Shown here piece by piece: positions 9,383-19,099 of a stretch of 64,000 nt of DNA (positions within the stretch are counted from its first letter, which is position 1; every line of letters starts with the position of its first letter). A program made the position numbers and the translations under genes. The notes below the pieces were generated by a model. That model searched no databases, was not told where the DNA came from, and saw nothing but the letters and a program-made list of their open reading frames with translations. The stretch lies in NCBI RefSeq assembly GCF_000143415.4, contig NW_003314261.1:1-64000 (forward strand), read 5' to 3'. The DNA is from Selaginella moellendorffii (lineage: Eukaryota > Plantae > Lycopodiophyta).

Positions 9383-12301
9383 TCAAAGGTAGCCAGAAAC
9401 TTTTGCCTTGCCTTTTCTGTCCACAGGCACTGCCGTAACTGGAGAGTGCGGGCGTTGCTGTGGAGGCGAGTTTCTTCCCAAGCCATAGCGTTGGGTTCGT
9501 TCGTGGAGTGGGGTGTTGTTGTGGTGCTGTGAGGGCTGCATCCCTTGTCCTCTGGGAGGTGAAGGTGGTTTCTGGTTCTGAGTTGGCTGGCGTTGTTGGG
9601 CTGCTGGAGGAGGTCGTGGTGTAGTCTGGCGCCCTCGGCCGCTTGGCCAGTTCGGTTGGGACCGTGGGGGTCGACCGTTTCCTCGAGACTGGCGTTGGCC
9701 ACCTCTGCCAGTCATGGCTGGCTGGGAACCAAGCACGGTTGGAGATTGCCGGTGCAAGGGACCCCTTGAAGAAAAACCCGGGGCATCGGAATGGGTGGGA
9801 GGAGTCCCAGTAACCACATTCCGCCCCTGCTCGTTTCCCTGCCATCCATGGGTAACGTCACGTTCACCACTGGGGAGAGAAACCTTGCGTGTCTTTGAAG
9901 AGCCTGCTTCACGTATGTGGAGTGAGGTATCCGTCCTTTGCTGTCGTTTGCCTTGTGATCTGGTGCCTCTGCCAGCATCTTCGTGGTGTTGTCTCGGAAT
10001 TCCACGCTCCCTCTCCTTCCACATCTTGTCAAAGCAGCTCTGGACAAGCATCTTAACAGTGTCTTCCTTGGGCAGTGTCTCCGCCTTGGCTCGTGCAGCA
10101 TCCTCTGCAGCTTCCCTTTGCTTGCGAGCATTTTCCTTTTTGCTCTCCTCAACTCCATATGCCACTGCTCCAATTGCAGTCGCACGTTGGTATTCAGCTA
10201 TCAACTGATGCTTGCGGGCATTGAGAGTATGTGTGACAGCCTCTCGTTGTGCATTGCCACAAGCCTGCAAAGCACAGTGAACAAAATCATCCATTCGATC
10301 ATTAAAACGTTGAGAGAGTCCATGGTTGATGAGATCCGCAAGGGTAGCAGCCTCAGCCTCTCGTGCCTTGAGCAGAGAATCAAGAAGGTCCTTCAAGTAT
10401 TGTTCGTGGATTGCTTTGATGCTGGTATCAAGAAGTTCCTGACCGTGAGAGGTCACCTCAAGCTTTGGCATACGAATGCGAAGGTCTTGAGGGAACTGCT
10501 TTTTATCACGGAGCTGAGTCAATCTCTTCACAGCCTTGTGAGCTTGATTTAGAGACTTGAGCTCGTTCATGAATTCCTTGATCGAGCATTCAAGGATGGC
10601 AGAAAGAGCCTCATCAAGCCTACCAAGTCCCTCAGTCGAGGAGCTAGTGAGGGCATTGCCAGGGGCAAGGAAAGGTGGCAACTGCTGTGGAAGAGTGTTT
10701 CCAGTAGCAGAAATGCCAGCACTATTCTGCAACACTGTGAAGAGGTCTACCAATCCAGAGAATGGAGTAGATGATGGCACAGCTGGGGATGAAAAAGGTG
10801 GTGGGATTGAAGTTGTTGATGAAAAGAGTGTTGGTAAAGTTGAGGCCATGGAGAAAGGTGGTGTGGTGGAGAAGGTTAATGGAACAGGAGGCGAGATGGA
10901 GAAAGTTGGTGGAGTATGAGGTGTTGTAGCAAAGAGAGGAGGGCTAGTTGTCGATGGAGTAGGTGTATGGATGGTTGTAGTTGTGAGCACAGAGGTACAT
11001 GCAAGCGTAGACATGGGTGTATATGCTGGTGCATGTGGTGAGAGTGAGTTTGTTGTAGGCACAGCCATAGGGGATGTAGAGGTGGTCACAGGTGGCACAA
11101 CGGATCTCCTAGGCGGCATAGTTGCTACTGGGGCAGTTGCTGGAGACAGAGTGGGCTGCATATCTGTCACTGATGCTACAGTGGACCATGTAGCCGTTGA
11201 CAGTGGTGCTGAGACAGGTCGTGAAGCCAAGTGTCGTTCAGCCAAGTGTCGTTCCTCTGTAAGTGCCAGTTCCCTCAAGAATTCAGGAGAAGCTGGAGGA
11301 GACTCGGTCGTGAGTGCATATACTGACGTTTGAGGTGGTAGAGTGCGTGGTAGTGGTGTTGGAACTGACGTTTGAGGTGGTAGAGTGCGTGGTAGTGGTG
11401 TTGGAACTGACGTTTGAGGTGGTAGAGTGCGTGGTAGTGGTGTTGGAACTGACGTTTGAACTGGTAGAGTGCGTGGTAGTGGTGTTGGAACTGACGTTTG
11501 AGGTGGTAGAGTGCGTGGTAGTGGTGTTGGAACTGACGTTTGACCTGGTAGAGTGCGNNNNNNNNNNNNNNNNNNNNNNNNNNNNNNNNNNNNNNNNNNN
11601 NNNNNNNNNNNNNNNNNNNNNNNNNNNNNNNNNNNNNNNNNNNNNNNNNNNNNNNNNNNNNNNNNNNNNNNNNNNNNNNNNNNNNNNNNNNNNNNNNNNN
11701 NNNNNNNNNNNNNNNNNNNNNNNNNNNNNNNNNNNNNNNNNNNNNNNNTGGAAGACAGCGTTGTATTTGGTGTGGAGGAAGAAGATGGTATGATACGAGA
11801 TGAGAGTGTAAATCCGTGAATAGGGGCTGATCCATGAATGGAATTGGATGGTGGAGGATTTGGTGTTTGACGAGATGATGAAGCGATGTGAGGAGGTGAT
11901 GGAGGAGCATTTGCCATAAGAGGAAGAGAACACTGGTCATGCATTACTCCAGAAGTTGCAGCTGTGTCTTCAATCTCAATCGGTCCTGGACCAGAGTCCC
12001 GGATGAGGTATGAGCGAACGTCCCGGTGAGAGAAATTCGGCCACAGTCCACGATGAGATTGAGGAGCTTGTGCACGCTGAGAAGGCAAGACAAGTGTCTG
12101 TTGGGAAGGCAAGACGAGCGTGTCTTGTGTGTTCTGCCTTGACTCAGGAGGTGAGAATTCCGGTGTGGGGGACCGGGAATTCGTTGGTATCTCCTGATCT
12201 GCAGCAGCGTTGATAGAACAGATGAGATTCAAGGGCACTCCAGCACTTAAACTATGACTAAGTGGCGATGAAGATGAAGAAAAAGGGCTAGAAGCTTGCA
12301 T
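9383..12301 (-). CDS. PLE ORF1: Ser/Pro/Thr-rich N-terminus, coiled-coil core, Arg/Gln/Pro-rich C-terminus (spans an N gap at 11558-11748)
   Basis: Long ORF immediately upstream of, and overlapping, the RT frame. Helical region EFMNELKSLNQAHKAVKRL...FPQDLRIRMP...ENARKQREAAEDAARAKAE. Continuity across the gap is unverified. Confidence 0.65.
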   Translation of the reverse strand: MQASSPFSSSSSPLSHSLSAGVPLNLICSINAAADQEIPTNSRSPTPEFSPPESRQNTQDTLVLPSQQTLVLPSQRAQAPQSHRGLWPNFSHRDVRSYLIRDSGPGPIEIEDTAATSGVMHDQCSLPLMANAPPSPPHIASSSRQTPNPPPSNSIHGSAPIHGFTLSSRIIPSSSSTPNTTLSSXXXXXXXXXXXXXXXXXXXXXXXXXXXXXXXXXXXXXXXXXXXXXXXXXXXXXXXXXXXXXXXXRTLPGQTSVPTPLPRTLPPQTSVPTPLPRTLPVQTSVPTPLPRTLPPQTSVPTPLPRTLPPQTSVPTPLPRTLPPQTSVYALTTESPPASPEFLRELALTEERHLAERHLASRPVSAPLSTATWSTVASVTDMQPTLSPATAPVATMPPRRSVVPPVTTSTSPMAVPTTNSLSPHAPAYTPMSTLACTSVLTTTTIHTPTPSTTSPPLFATTPHTPPTFSISPPVPLTFSTTPPFSMASTLPTLFSSTTSIPPPFSSPAVPSSTPFSGLVDLFTVLQNSAGISATGNTLPQQLPPFLAPGNALTSSSTEGLGRLDEALSAILECSIKEFMNELKSLNQAHKAVKRLTQLRDKKQFPQDLRIRMPKLEVTSHGQELLDTSIKAIHEQYLKDLLDSLLKAREAEAATLADLINHGLSQRFNDRMDDFVHCALQACGNAQREAVTHTLNARKHQLIAEYQRATAIGAVAYGVEESKKENARKQREAAEDAARAKAETLPKEDTVKMLVQSCFDKMWKERERGIPRQHHEDAGRGTRSQGKRQQRTDTSLHIREAGSSKTRKVSLPSGERDVTHGWQGNEQGRNVVTGTPPTHSDAPGFSSRGPLHRQSPTVLGSQPAMTGRGGQRQSRGNGRPPRSQPNWPSGRGRQTTPRPPPAAQQRQPTQNQKPPSPPRGQGMQPSQHHNNTPLHERTQRYGLGRNSPPQQRPHSPVTAVPVDRKGKAKVSGYL
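11322..11557. repeat. 42-bp tandem repeat (~5.6 copies, abuts assembly gap) encoding RTLPPQTSVPTPLP in ORF1
   Basis: Unit ACTGACGTTTGAGGTGGTAGAGTGCGTGGTAGTGGTGTTGGA repeated up to the N run. Confidence 0.95.
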
Positions 12302-13063
12302 GCCTACTACTCACAGACCGTCACAGCGAGCAGAAAGTGTAAGGGATTGAGATCCCTAAGAAGAAATATATATATATGGATGATTAATTCTACGTGGCAA
12401 CATACGATCAGCCATTTGGTGAAGGGTTTCAGCCATTTGGTGAGTCATAATGAAGTCATTTGGTGAGAGTGTAGATCCACGTTGCATCCTTCATGGGGAG
12501 CTAGTGAAAGAAATCTGTTCTTAAGCCTCCAGACGGTCAGCAGAAGAGCAGGAGATCCTTCTCTGAGTTACACCCATAAATTCTTCACAGGGAACTAGTG
12601 CAAGAAATCCACCCTCAAGCCTCCAGACGGTCAAGGTTGAGAGCAGGACATCCTTGACTAAGTTACACCCATTCTTTGTAGCCCTAGATTCTGGGCCGAT
12701 TCTCTGCTGGTAGTGCTGGTGCGCAGGGCTCCTTTTTTGGGCGTCCCATAAAGAGCTAGATTGAGCTTTTTCTGGATTATTAGCACGTCTACTTACTCTT
12801 CGTTCCTGGCCATGATCCAATACTCGTTGCAATCTGGTGATTGGGACTTTCTGGCAATCCAGCGATCTAGCAGCAACAGATGTAATCCTGGAACTGTGAT
12901 CTAACAGAGACAATGAATTAGTAGAATGAATTGGAGAATGGATTGGAGAATGGAAGAGCCGATTTAGGAATGCTTTTTGCAACAAAGTGGGGCTTGTGAA
13001 GCCTCTTTGATGCTTTTGAGCTAGAAAGTGTTTAGGATTTTGGAATTGTGATTAGCCAACACG

Positions 13064-13103
13064 TTTAGGGTTTAGGGTTTAGGGTTTAGGGTTTAGGGTT
13101 TAG
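13064..13103 (+). repeat. Interstitial plant telomeric tract (TTTAGGG)5 TTTAG
   Basis: Read directly from the sequence. Confidence 0.97.
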
Positions 13104-14492
13104 CAACTACATTAGCCAGTTTGCTAAGTCAAACGCTCATCTGGATCACATCCTCAACTCTTTGAGGAAAACCATATGCTGTTCCCAAGATCCCAAAGTC
13201 GTTCCATTATTGACCCTTTTCTATCCACCATCTCGTCTACAAGTTCACACATGAACTGTAATGGAGAGCCATGTCTTCCCGACTTGCTACTCCTCAAGGA
13301 TAGGCCCACTCCTCGGACCTTCCGATGCCAACACTAGTGGTGATATACTTGAGCACCAATAAAAGTCGAACTAAGGAACAGCTCTGATACCAAGTTGTAA
13401 GCGACTAAATTTTCCATTCTACTTTAGTCACTTAACCACACCTCCGACCACTTGGAGGAGTCTCATTCACAACCTCCATCAGTCCAATTCAGGACTTGGG
13501 ACTTGCTAGCCCCAAGAATGGCATCCATGCCACTCCACACTTGCACCTGGTCCAAGTGCTCCACGTGTCCGGTCCCGAGACCGACACCCAAAGGTACCAC
13601 TGACATCTCGGCCTGTTACGCTAAGGCCATGCCCATTCACCTTTGTTGCACTAGTGGTCCAACACCACTTGCATCACCACCTCGTCTCTCCAAGACTGGG
13701 CCATGTGTCCACGAGTGGTCATCCTAGATCCACTCCTTAGCATCCTTAGGATGCCCACAGACCTGGGGAATCGCCTTCCCCAAAGTCCCTTTGTCAGCTC
13801 CTACCAAGTCCCCTTCTGCCCCTGGCTGTGTTTGCCAACACTGCCACTGGATCGAGGCCCACAGGCCCGACCACTAAGTCCCACGGTCCTCTGGGACTTC
13901 CTCACCACATGACTGTGTCCTTGGTCACTACCCCAGAGGATTGCTCCTCTTCCTTTCCACAGTCTGGGCCTTTGGGACAACATTTCGGAACACCGTGGCC
14001 TTACGCGAGCCACCTGGGTACTCTCCTCGCCTTCTGCCCTTGGGTGCTCTAGCCATGGGCTTAGAGCGGGTTCCATTGAGCCACACCAGGTATCCAAGTA
14101 GGTAGTGCCACCCACACTTGGACTGGGAGCATCGGCCAGTCGATCTCCCGGGGGAACTAGAGCCGGCTCTTGAACACTTCACCAAGCTACCCCACTTGTC
14201 GGTCCGTGTTCACTCTAGCCTTGGACTTCCCAGTGGGCAGCTCATCACCCAACACTGGGTCCGGCCTTCCTGGGCCAAACTGGCCTTTCCTGGCCAAACT
14301 GGCTCCACTGCAGTCCTCCCCCTACTATACTTTTGGAGCTCACCAAACCCCCCAGGGTCTGGGAGACGAACGCTTTGGGCTTTCACCCTCTCAGGCTCTG
14401 GACTCGGACTCGGACTCGGACTCGGACTCGGACTCGGACTCGGACTCAGATTCGGACTCGGACTCGGGCTCAGGCTCGGTCTCGGCCTCGGC

Positions 14493-14523
<31 letters not shown>

Positions 14524-15071
14524 CCGGTCTCGGTCTCGACTTCGGACTCCATCTCGGACTCCATCTCAGACTCCATCTCGGACTCCATCTCGGGTCCATC
14601 TCGGACTCCATTTCGGACTCCAACTCGGGTCCACCTCGGACTCCACTTCGGACTCCATCTCGGACTCCATCTCGGGTCCATCTCGGACTCCACTTCGGAC
14701 TCCAACTCGGGTCCATCTCGGACTCCACTTCGGACTCCACTTCGGACTCCAACTCGAGTCCATCTCGGACTCCACTTTGGACTCCAACTCGGGTCCATCT
14801 CGGACTCCACTTTGGACTCCAACTCGAGTCCATCTTGGACACTCCCACGTGTCATGTGTTGGTCCTTTTGGGTCCCTTTTTGGAGCCTCGCCTTTTGCTC
14901 GCTTCGTGCTCGTTCCTCGAGCACTTCGTTGGGAGTTCCACTCCCGCTCTTGACTTTTCAAGTCGGAGCTTTTGGTCCAAACGTGTTACGCTCGTTTGGC
15001 TCTCGCTTCAGCCACTACCATGTGGCGCCCTTCCGGCTCCACTTTAGGGCCTAGGGATTTTGTGTCTCACA
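13104..15071 (-). mobile_element. Truncated LTR retroelement: 5' LTR (13396-15071), tRNA-Met PBS and ~290 bp of internal region; same family as 45469-53154
   Basis: TGTAAG...TCTCACA termini; PBS TGGTATCAGAGC on the minus strand at 13381-13392; 13104-13395 is near-identical to ~51046-51337; GGACTC/GGTCTC minisatellite inside the LTR. Confidence 0.9.
14399..14845. repeat. LTR-internal minisatellite: (GGACTC)n, (GGTCTC)n, then 12-mer GGACTCCA(T/C)(C/T)TC variants; also at ~46516-46985 and ~52342-52925
   Basis: Read directly; array length and unit order differ among the three LTR copies. Confidence 0.95.
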
Positions 15072-18000
15072 CGTGGAATAAAGATAGAAGGCACCACCAG
15101 CCATAAATGATCATCAAGATCTGTCCCCACAAAATAAAGAAGGCCACCTTCAAGATGATATTAAGAATGTAAATGCCAGAAAGGCAAGTCATCAGCAAGT
15201 GATGCAGGATTCTCAAACCCATCTCAAAACCTTCGAATCCATGGCTCAATCTTTTGAGCCTCGCGAACCTCATCAAGCGAAGGTAGATCTTGCTCTGCAC
15301 CTTGTGGACACTGAACGTCAAGTACAGCAACCGCCGATGGCACAGAATCCTCGTCTAGAAAATCCCCAGATGCTGGAACGACAGGCTCGTCAGAAACATG
15401 AGAAGAGAATGAAGAAGGAAGAGGAGCTCGAGAAAGGGCATCAGCATCAGCCATAGAACTCCCTGGGTGGTGAACAACATCAAAATCATATATCTGAAGC
15501 TTCAAAGCCCACCGAGCAGTACGACCAACCAGGTTCTTCCGCTTTAATAACGAAGTAACAATAACATGGTCACCCTCAAGTAACATCCAAGAACCATGTA
15601 GATATGCATGAAGTTTCTCGAAACCCCAAATTACTGCTAAACACTCCTTCTCTATTGTGGAGTAGTTCATCTCCGCTAGTTGTAATGTACGGCTTATATA
15701 TGCAATGGGATGGCACTGACCAGGCACACTTAAGCTCTCTTGCATTAACACACCTCCAAGACCAATGTCAGAAGCATCCACACGCAAAATAAAAGGTCGA
15801 GTGTAGTCAGGATATGCCAAAACCGGAGGAGTTGTCAATAACTTTTTGAGATCCCCGAACGCCTGCTCACAATCTGGAGACCAGATGAAAGATGATGTTG
15901 ATGACTTCAGCAACGCTCGCAATGGTGTAGTGCGATCAGAAAGATGATCCACAAAATGCCTGAGATACTACACCTTGCCCAAGAAGCACTGCACATCATT
16001 CACACACTTCGGAGTAGGGAACTTTAGAACAACCATAAGTTTGTCAGGATCAACTTGCAAACCCTCACGAGAAATACGGTACCCAAGATAAGTTGTGTCC
16101 TTACACGCACTTCGACCGCTTCAACTTTAAACCAACGTTGCGTAGCTGATCCAACACTTTACAAACATCACGAATGTGCTCCTCCCATGTCCCCTCTGAG
16201 TGGATCAAGACATCATCAATGAAGTCAGCAGTCACCTCCGGCATATCGCAAAGAACCTCGTCCATCATCCGTTAAAAAGTTGTTGGAGCATTGTTCAAAC
16301 CAAATGGCATCACCAAGAACTCATACAAACCAAATGGTGTATGAAAAGCAGTCTTAGGAATATCTTCTTCGGCCATCGGTACTTGCCAGTACCTAGAAGC
16401 AAGATCTAACTTGGTGAACTAACGACTTTGCCCCAGACGATCCAAGAGATCAGTAGTGTGAGGAAGAGGGTACACATCCGGGATTGTAACGTCGTTTAAC
16501 GGACGATAGTCGATGCAGAAATGAATACTCCCATCAGGCTTCGTCACAAGATGAGGTTCACATGCCCAAGGACTCCGCAACTTCTGAATAACACCCTTCT
16601 CCAACATCTCCTTGACATTTGCACGTAAAATCTTGATCTCCTTTGGTGACCAACGACGAACAGGAACCTTGATTGGACGAGCATCCCTAGTTGGAATTGG
16701 ATGACATGTAGCAATCTTGGCTCCAGACGATAGATCAAAGTCAAAGAGATCAAAATACTCCTTCATGAGCCGGTCAACTGCTGCAACACAAAGATCGTCA
16801 AAGGGATCGGAAAAGGGAAGAGCAGAAAAAGATGGAAACACTGGAGGAAATAGTGGGGGAACAAAAGTAATGGAAGCAAAGGTAGAAGTAAAGGGACAAA
16901 GAGGTACGGAAGTGAGAGGAATGTATGAAACATAAGGAAGTATGAGACAAGGGGGAGAAGCCTCAAAGTCACACTTAGCATGATTGCACTGCAACCAATC
17001 TATACTAAGAATGAGGTCAAAAGCTTGACTCGGCACCACCCGCAACGACTGCAACTCAAGCTCGAGATCACCCATACGCACAACCAGGTCTGCCTCATCC
17101 CATGCACATGCATGTGTACGGCCGTTGCCATAAAGAATGAAAACTGGTTCCACCGCATGACGCAAGTGTAAACGACAATGTGTGGCAATATGTCGAGCAA
17201 TAGAAGATAAACTCAAACCTATATCAACCAACACGGAGAGAATAATAGGAGACCTCTTGTTATAAAGATGAGCTTGGAAAGTAAATACTGGATGAACTGG
17301 TGCCGAGTGAACCCCTTGATGATACTCCCGAAAGAAAGATGGAGGGGTCACTGACTTATTCGCACAAGGTCCCTCCGTTACTCGCTCGACTCCTCGTTTC
17401 CCGGATGCATCTCGGTGTCCAAACCTTCCACTACAGCAGCATCAATGGGACATTGTTGATGCCAAGGTCTCCACCCAAGGTAGCCAATCCGGAAAGCACC
17501 GACAACACCAATAAGTATGACCAACTTCATCACATGCCTAGCAACGAACATCACAGCCACGACCACGTCCTCGCCCTTGTCCTTGGACTCGAGTAGCAGC
17601 AGCATCAACCTCCATTGGAACAGGACCATCACTCATAGGAAGTGGAGTGGAAGGATGTGCAGCGAGAAGTGGAAGAGGCGACGTCTCATAATGTTGTGCC
17701 AAGCAAAGAGTATCGTCAAGAGTGGCAGGAGCAAGTGCATGCACAAGGTCGACAAGAGCTTGACGAAGTGCTAGCCACAACATTCCTAGCTTGATTTGCT
17801 CCGACATATTGGGCTCCGCACGAAGCAAAAGATTTTGGAAACAAATGCCAAATTGCATCACCGACTCAGATGGCCCTTGGCGAAGACGATGCAATTGTTA
17901 GAAGGCATTGTCACAATCGTCGGCATGTCCGAAGGCACGTTTGAAGACGTCCGGAAGAACACTCCAATCCTCACGAGTGGCCACACTCAATCCATTGTAC

Positions 18001-18707
18001 CATTGCAATGCCGTCCCTTGGAGACACGTGGGAAACTCACGTAAACGTCGAGCATCATCCCAAGAATGATATGTGGCAATCACCATGAAGTGATCGAACC
18101 AATGGTACACATCATCCCCAGGATTCCCACGAAAGAACTCCGGCCGAACGCGAGGATTGGCACCAAGAGCAGGAGGAGTTGGACCACATGCCGTGAATGC
18201 CACTATCAATTGAGTTTGGTTATTCAATTGCAAGCGCATAGCATCAAGCAATTGGACCAACTACTGCTCTAGAGTCAAAGGAGGAGATTGCTAATCTGCC
18301 ATGAAGACGGACGAAGAAAGAGAAAAAGAAAAGAAATGACAAAAAACGAGAAGGAAATGGGAGATCTAGACAATGCAAAAAGCTAAATCTAAACCAAAAT
18401 TCTGAAAGGGAAGAACAAAAGAAAGGAAATGGAAAAAGCTAGATCTAGACAATGCAAAAGCTAGATCTAAACCAAAATCCCAAATTCAAGCACTCCTCAA
18501 GGACAATCAAAGGTGCCCCTCACCTCCAGCAATGTGAGTGCTTGGAATATGGAAAGGGAATACAGAAATGTGCATATCAATTAGCCCAAAAACCCTAGCT
18601 TATATACAAGAATGAGTGGTCTAGATTGAAACTAATCCGACGGCTACCAAAATCTCACTACGCTAATATTAATATACAGCATTGTAGCCGTACACTTGGC
18701 CCTCACA
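15072..18707 (-). mobile_element. Degraded Ty3/gypsy retrotransposon (gag-protease-RT-RNase H), 3'-truncated, 5' LTR ~18533-18707
   Basis: gag PEFFRGNPGDDVYHWFDHF...LQGTALQWY, GPVPMEVD, RT SPWACEPHLVTKPDGSIHFCIDYRPLN, RNase H PFILRVDASDIGLGGVL...NYSTIEKECLAVIW...ADADALSR. LTR with TGTGAG...CTCACA ends and an adjacent PBS-like sequence. Confidence 0.88.
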
Positions 18708-19099
18708 ACGATATTTTTGAGACTTTCCCTTTCTATAACTATAGGGAATTTTGAGATTAATCTTGTAACTTTCTTTGTTATTATCAGACATTTGATGATA
18801 TGAGTTCTCTTTCTGCTTCTGTGATTATCAGGCCAGACATGGAGAAAATCCAGTGTCAAAGTTCTTTTCTCTTTGAAGCAAAATTTGAGCAGTTTTAATC
18901 AGTGATTTTGAGAGTGGCAGGGTCATTCGAGCTCCCAACAAGTACTTGCAGCTGCCGCCAATGAGCTAACGAAGTATGTGGATCCCAGCGGAGAGGAAGC
19001 TCATCTTGGATTTGAGGGCTACTTTTGAGGTTCTTTTGCCATTTCTAACTGGTTAAATAATATTTATATTTTTTATTTACTAAGTATTATTAACTTGAG

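Larger units (their letters stand above)
8901..13063 (-). mobile_element. Penelope-like retroelement (ORF1 + 3'-truncated RT), 5'-capped by telomeric repeats
   Basis: RT N-terminal signature VHNLSSRMLSAAEKGLLALGLSFIP...DDFQRSVRLRHSF...ALRHDHSIVIKPADKNLGVVV, typical of PLE RTs. Upstream 972-aa ORF1 with coiled-coil and basic tail; (CCCTAAA)n at the 5' end on the sense strand. Confidence 0.75.

Noticed and set aside
11322-11557. Regular 42-bp repeats as a possible CRISPR array
   Set aside because: Head-to-tail repeats without unique spacers, in frame within ORF1, in a eukaryotic context with no cas genes.
12302-13063. 154-aa ORF (12521-12985) and a possible hammerhead ribozyme in the PLE 5' region
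   Set aside because: The ORF has no recognisable motifs and is not the missing PPD4 5' part. No CUGANGA...GAAA core was found by eye here or in the 63-kb units; a covariance search is needed.
14118-15054. Long ORFs in several frames (SD-, GL-, RT/RS-repeat proteins resembling Sdr adhesins or SR proteins); same at 46234-47061 and 52060-53002
   Set aside because: By-products of a stop-free hexamer minisatellite inside LTRs; no domain content.
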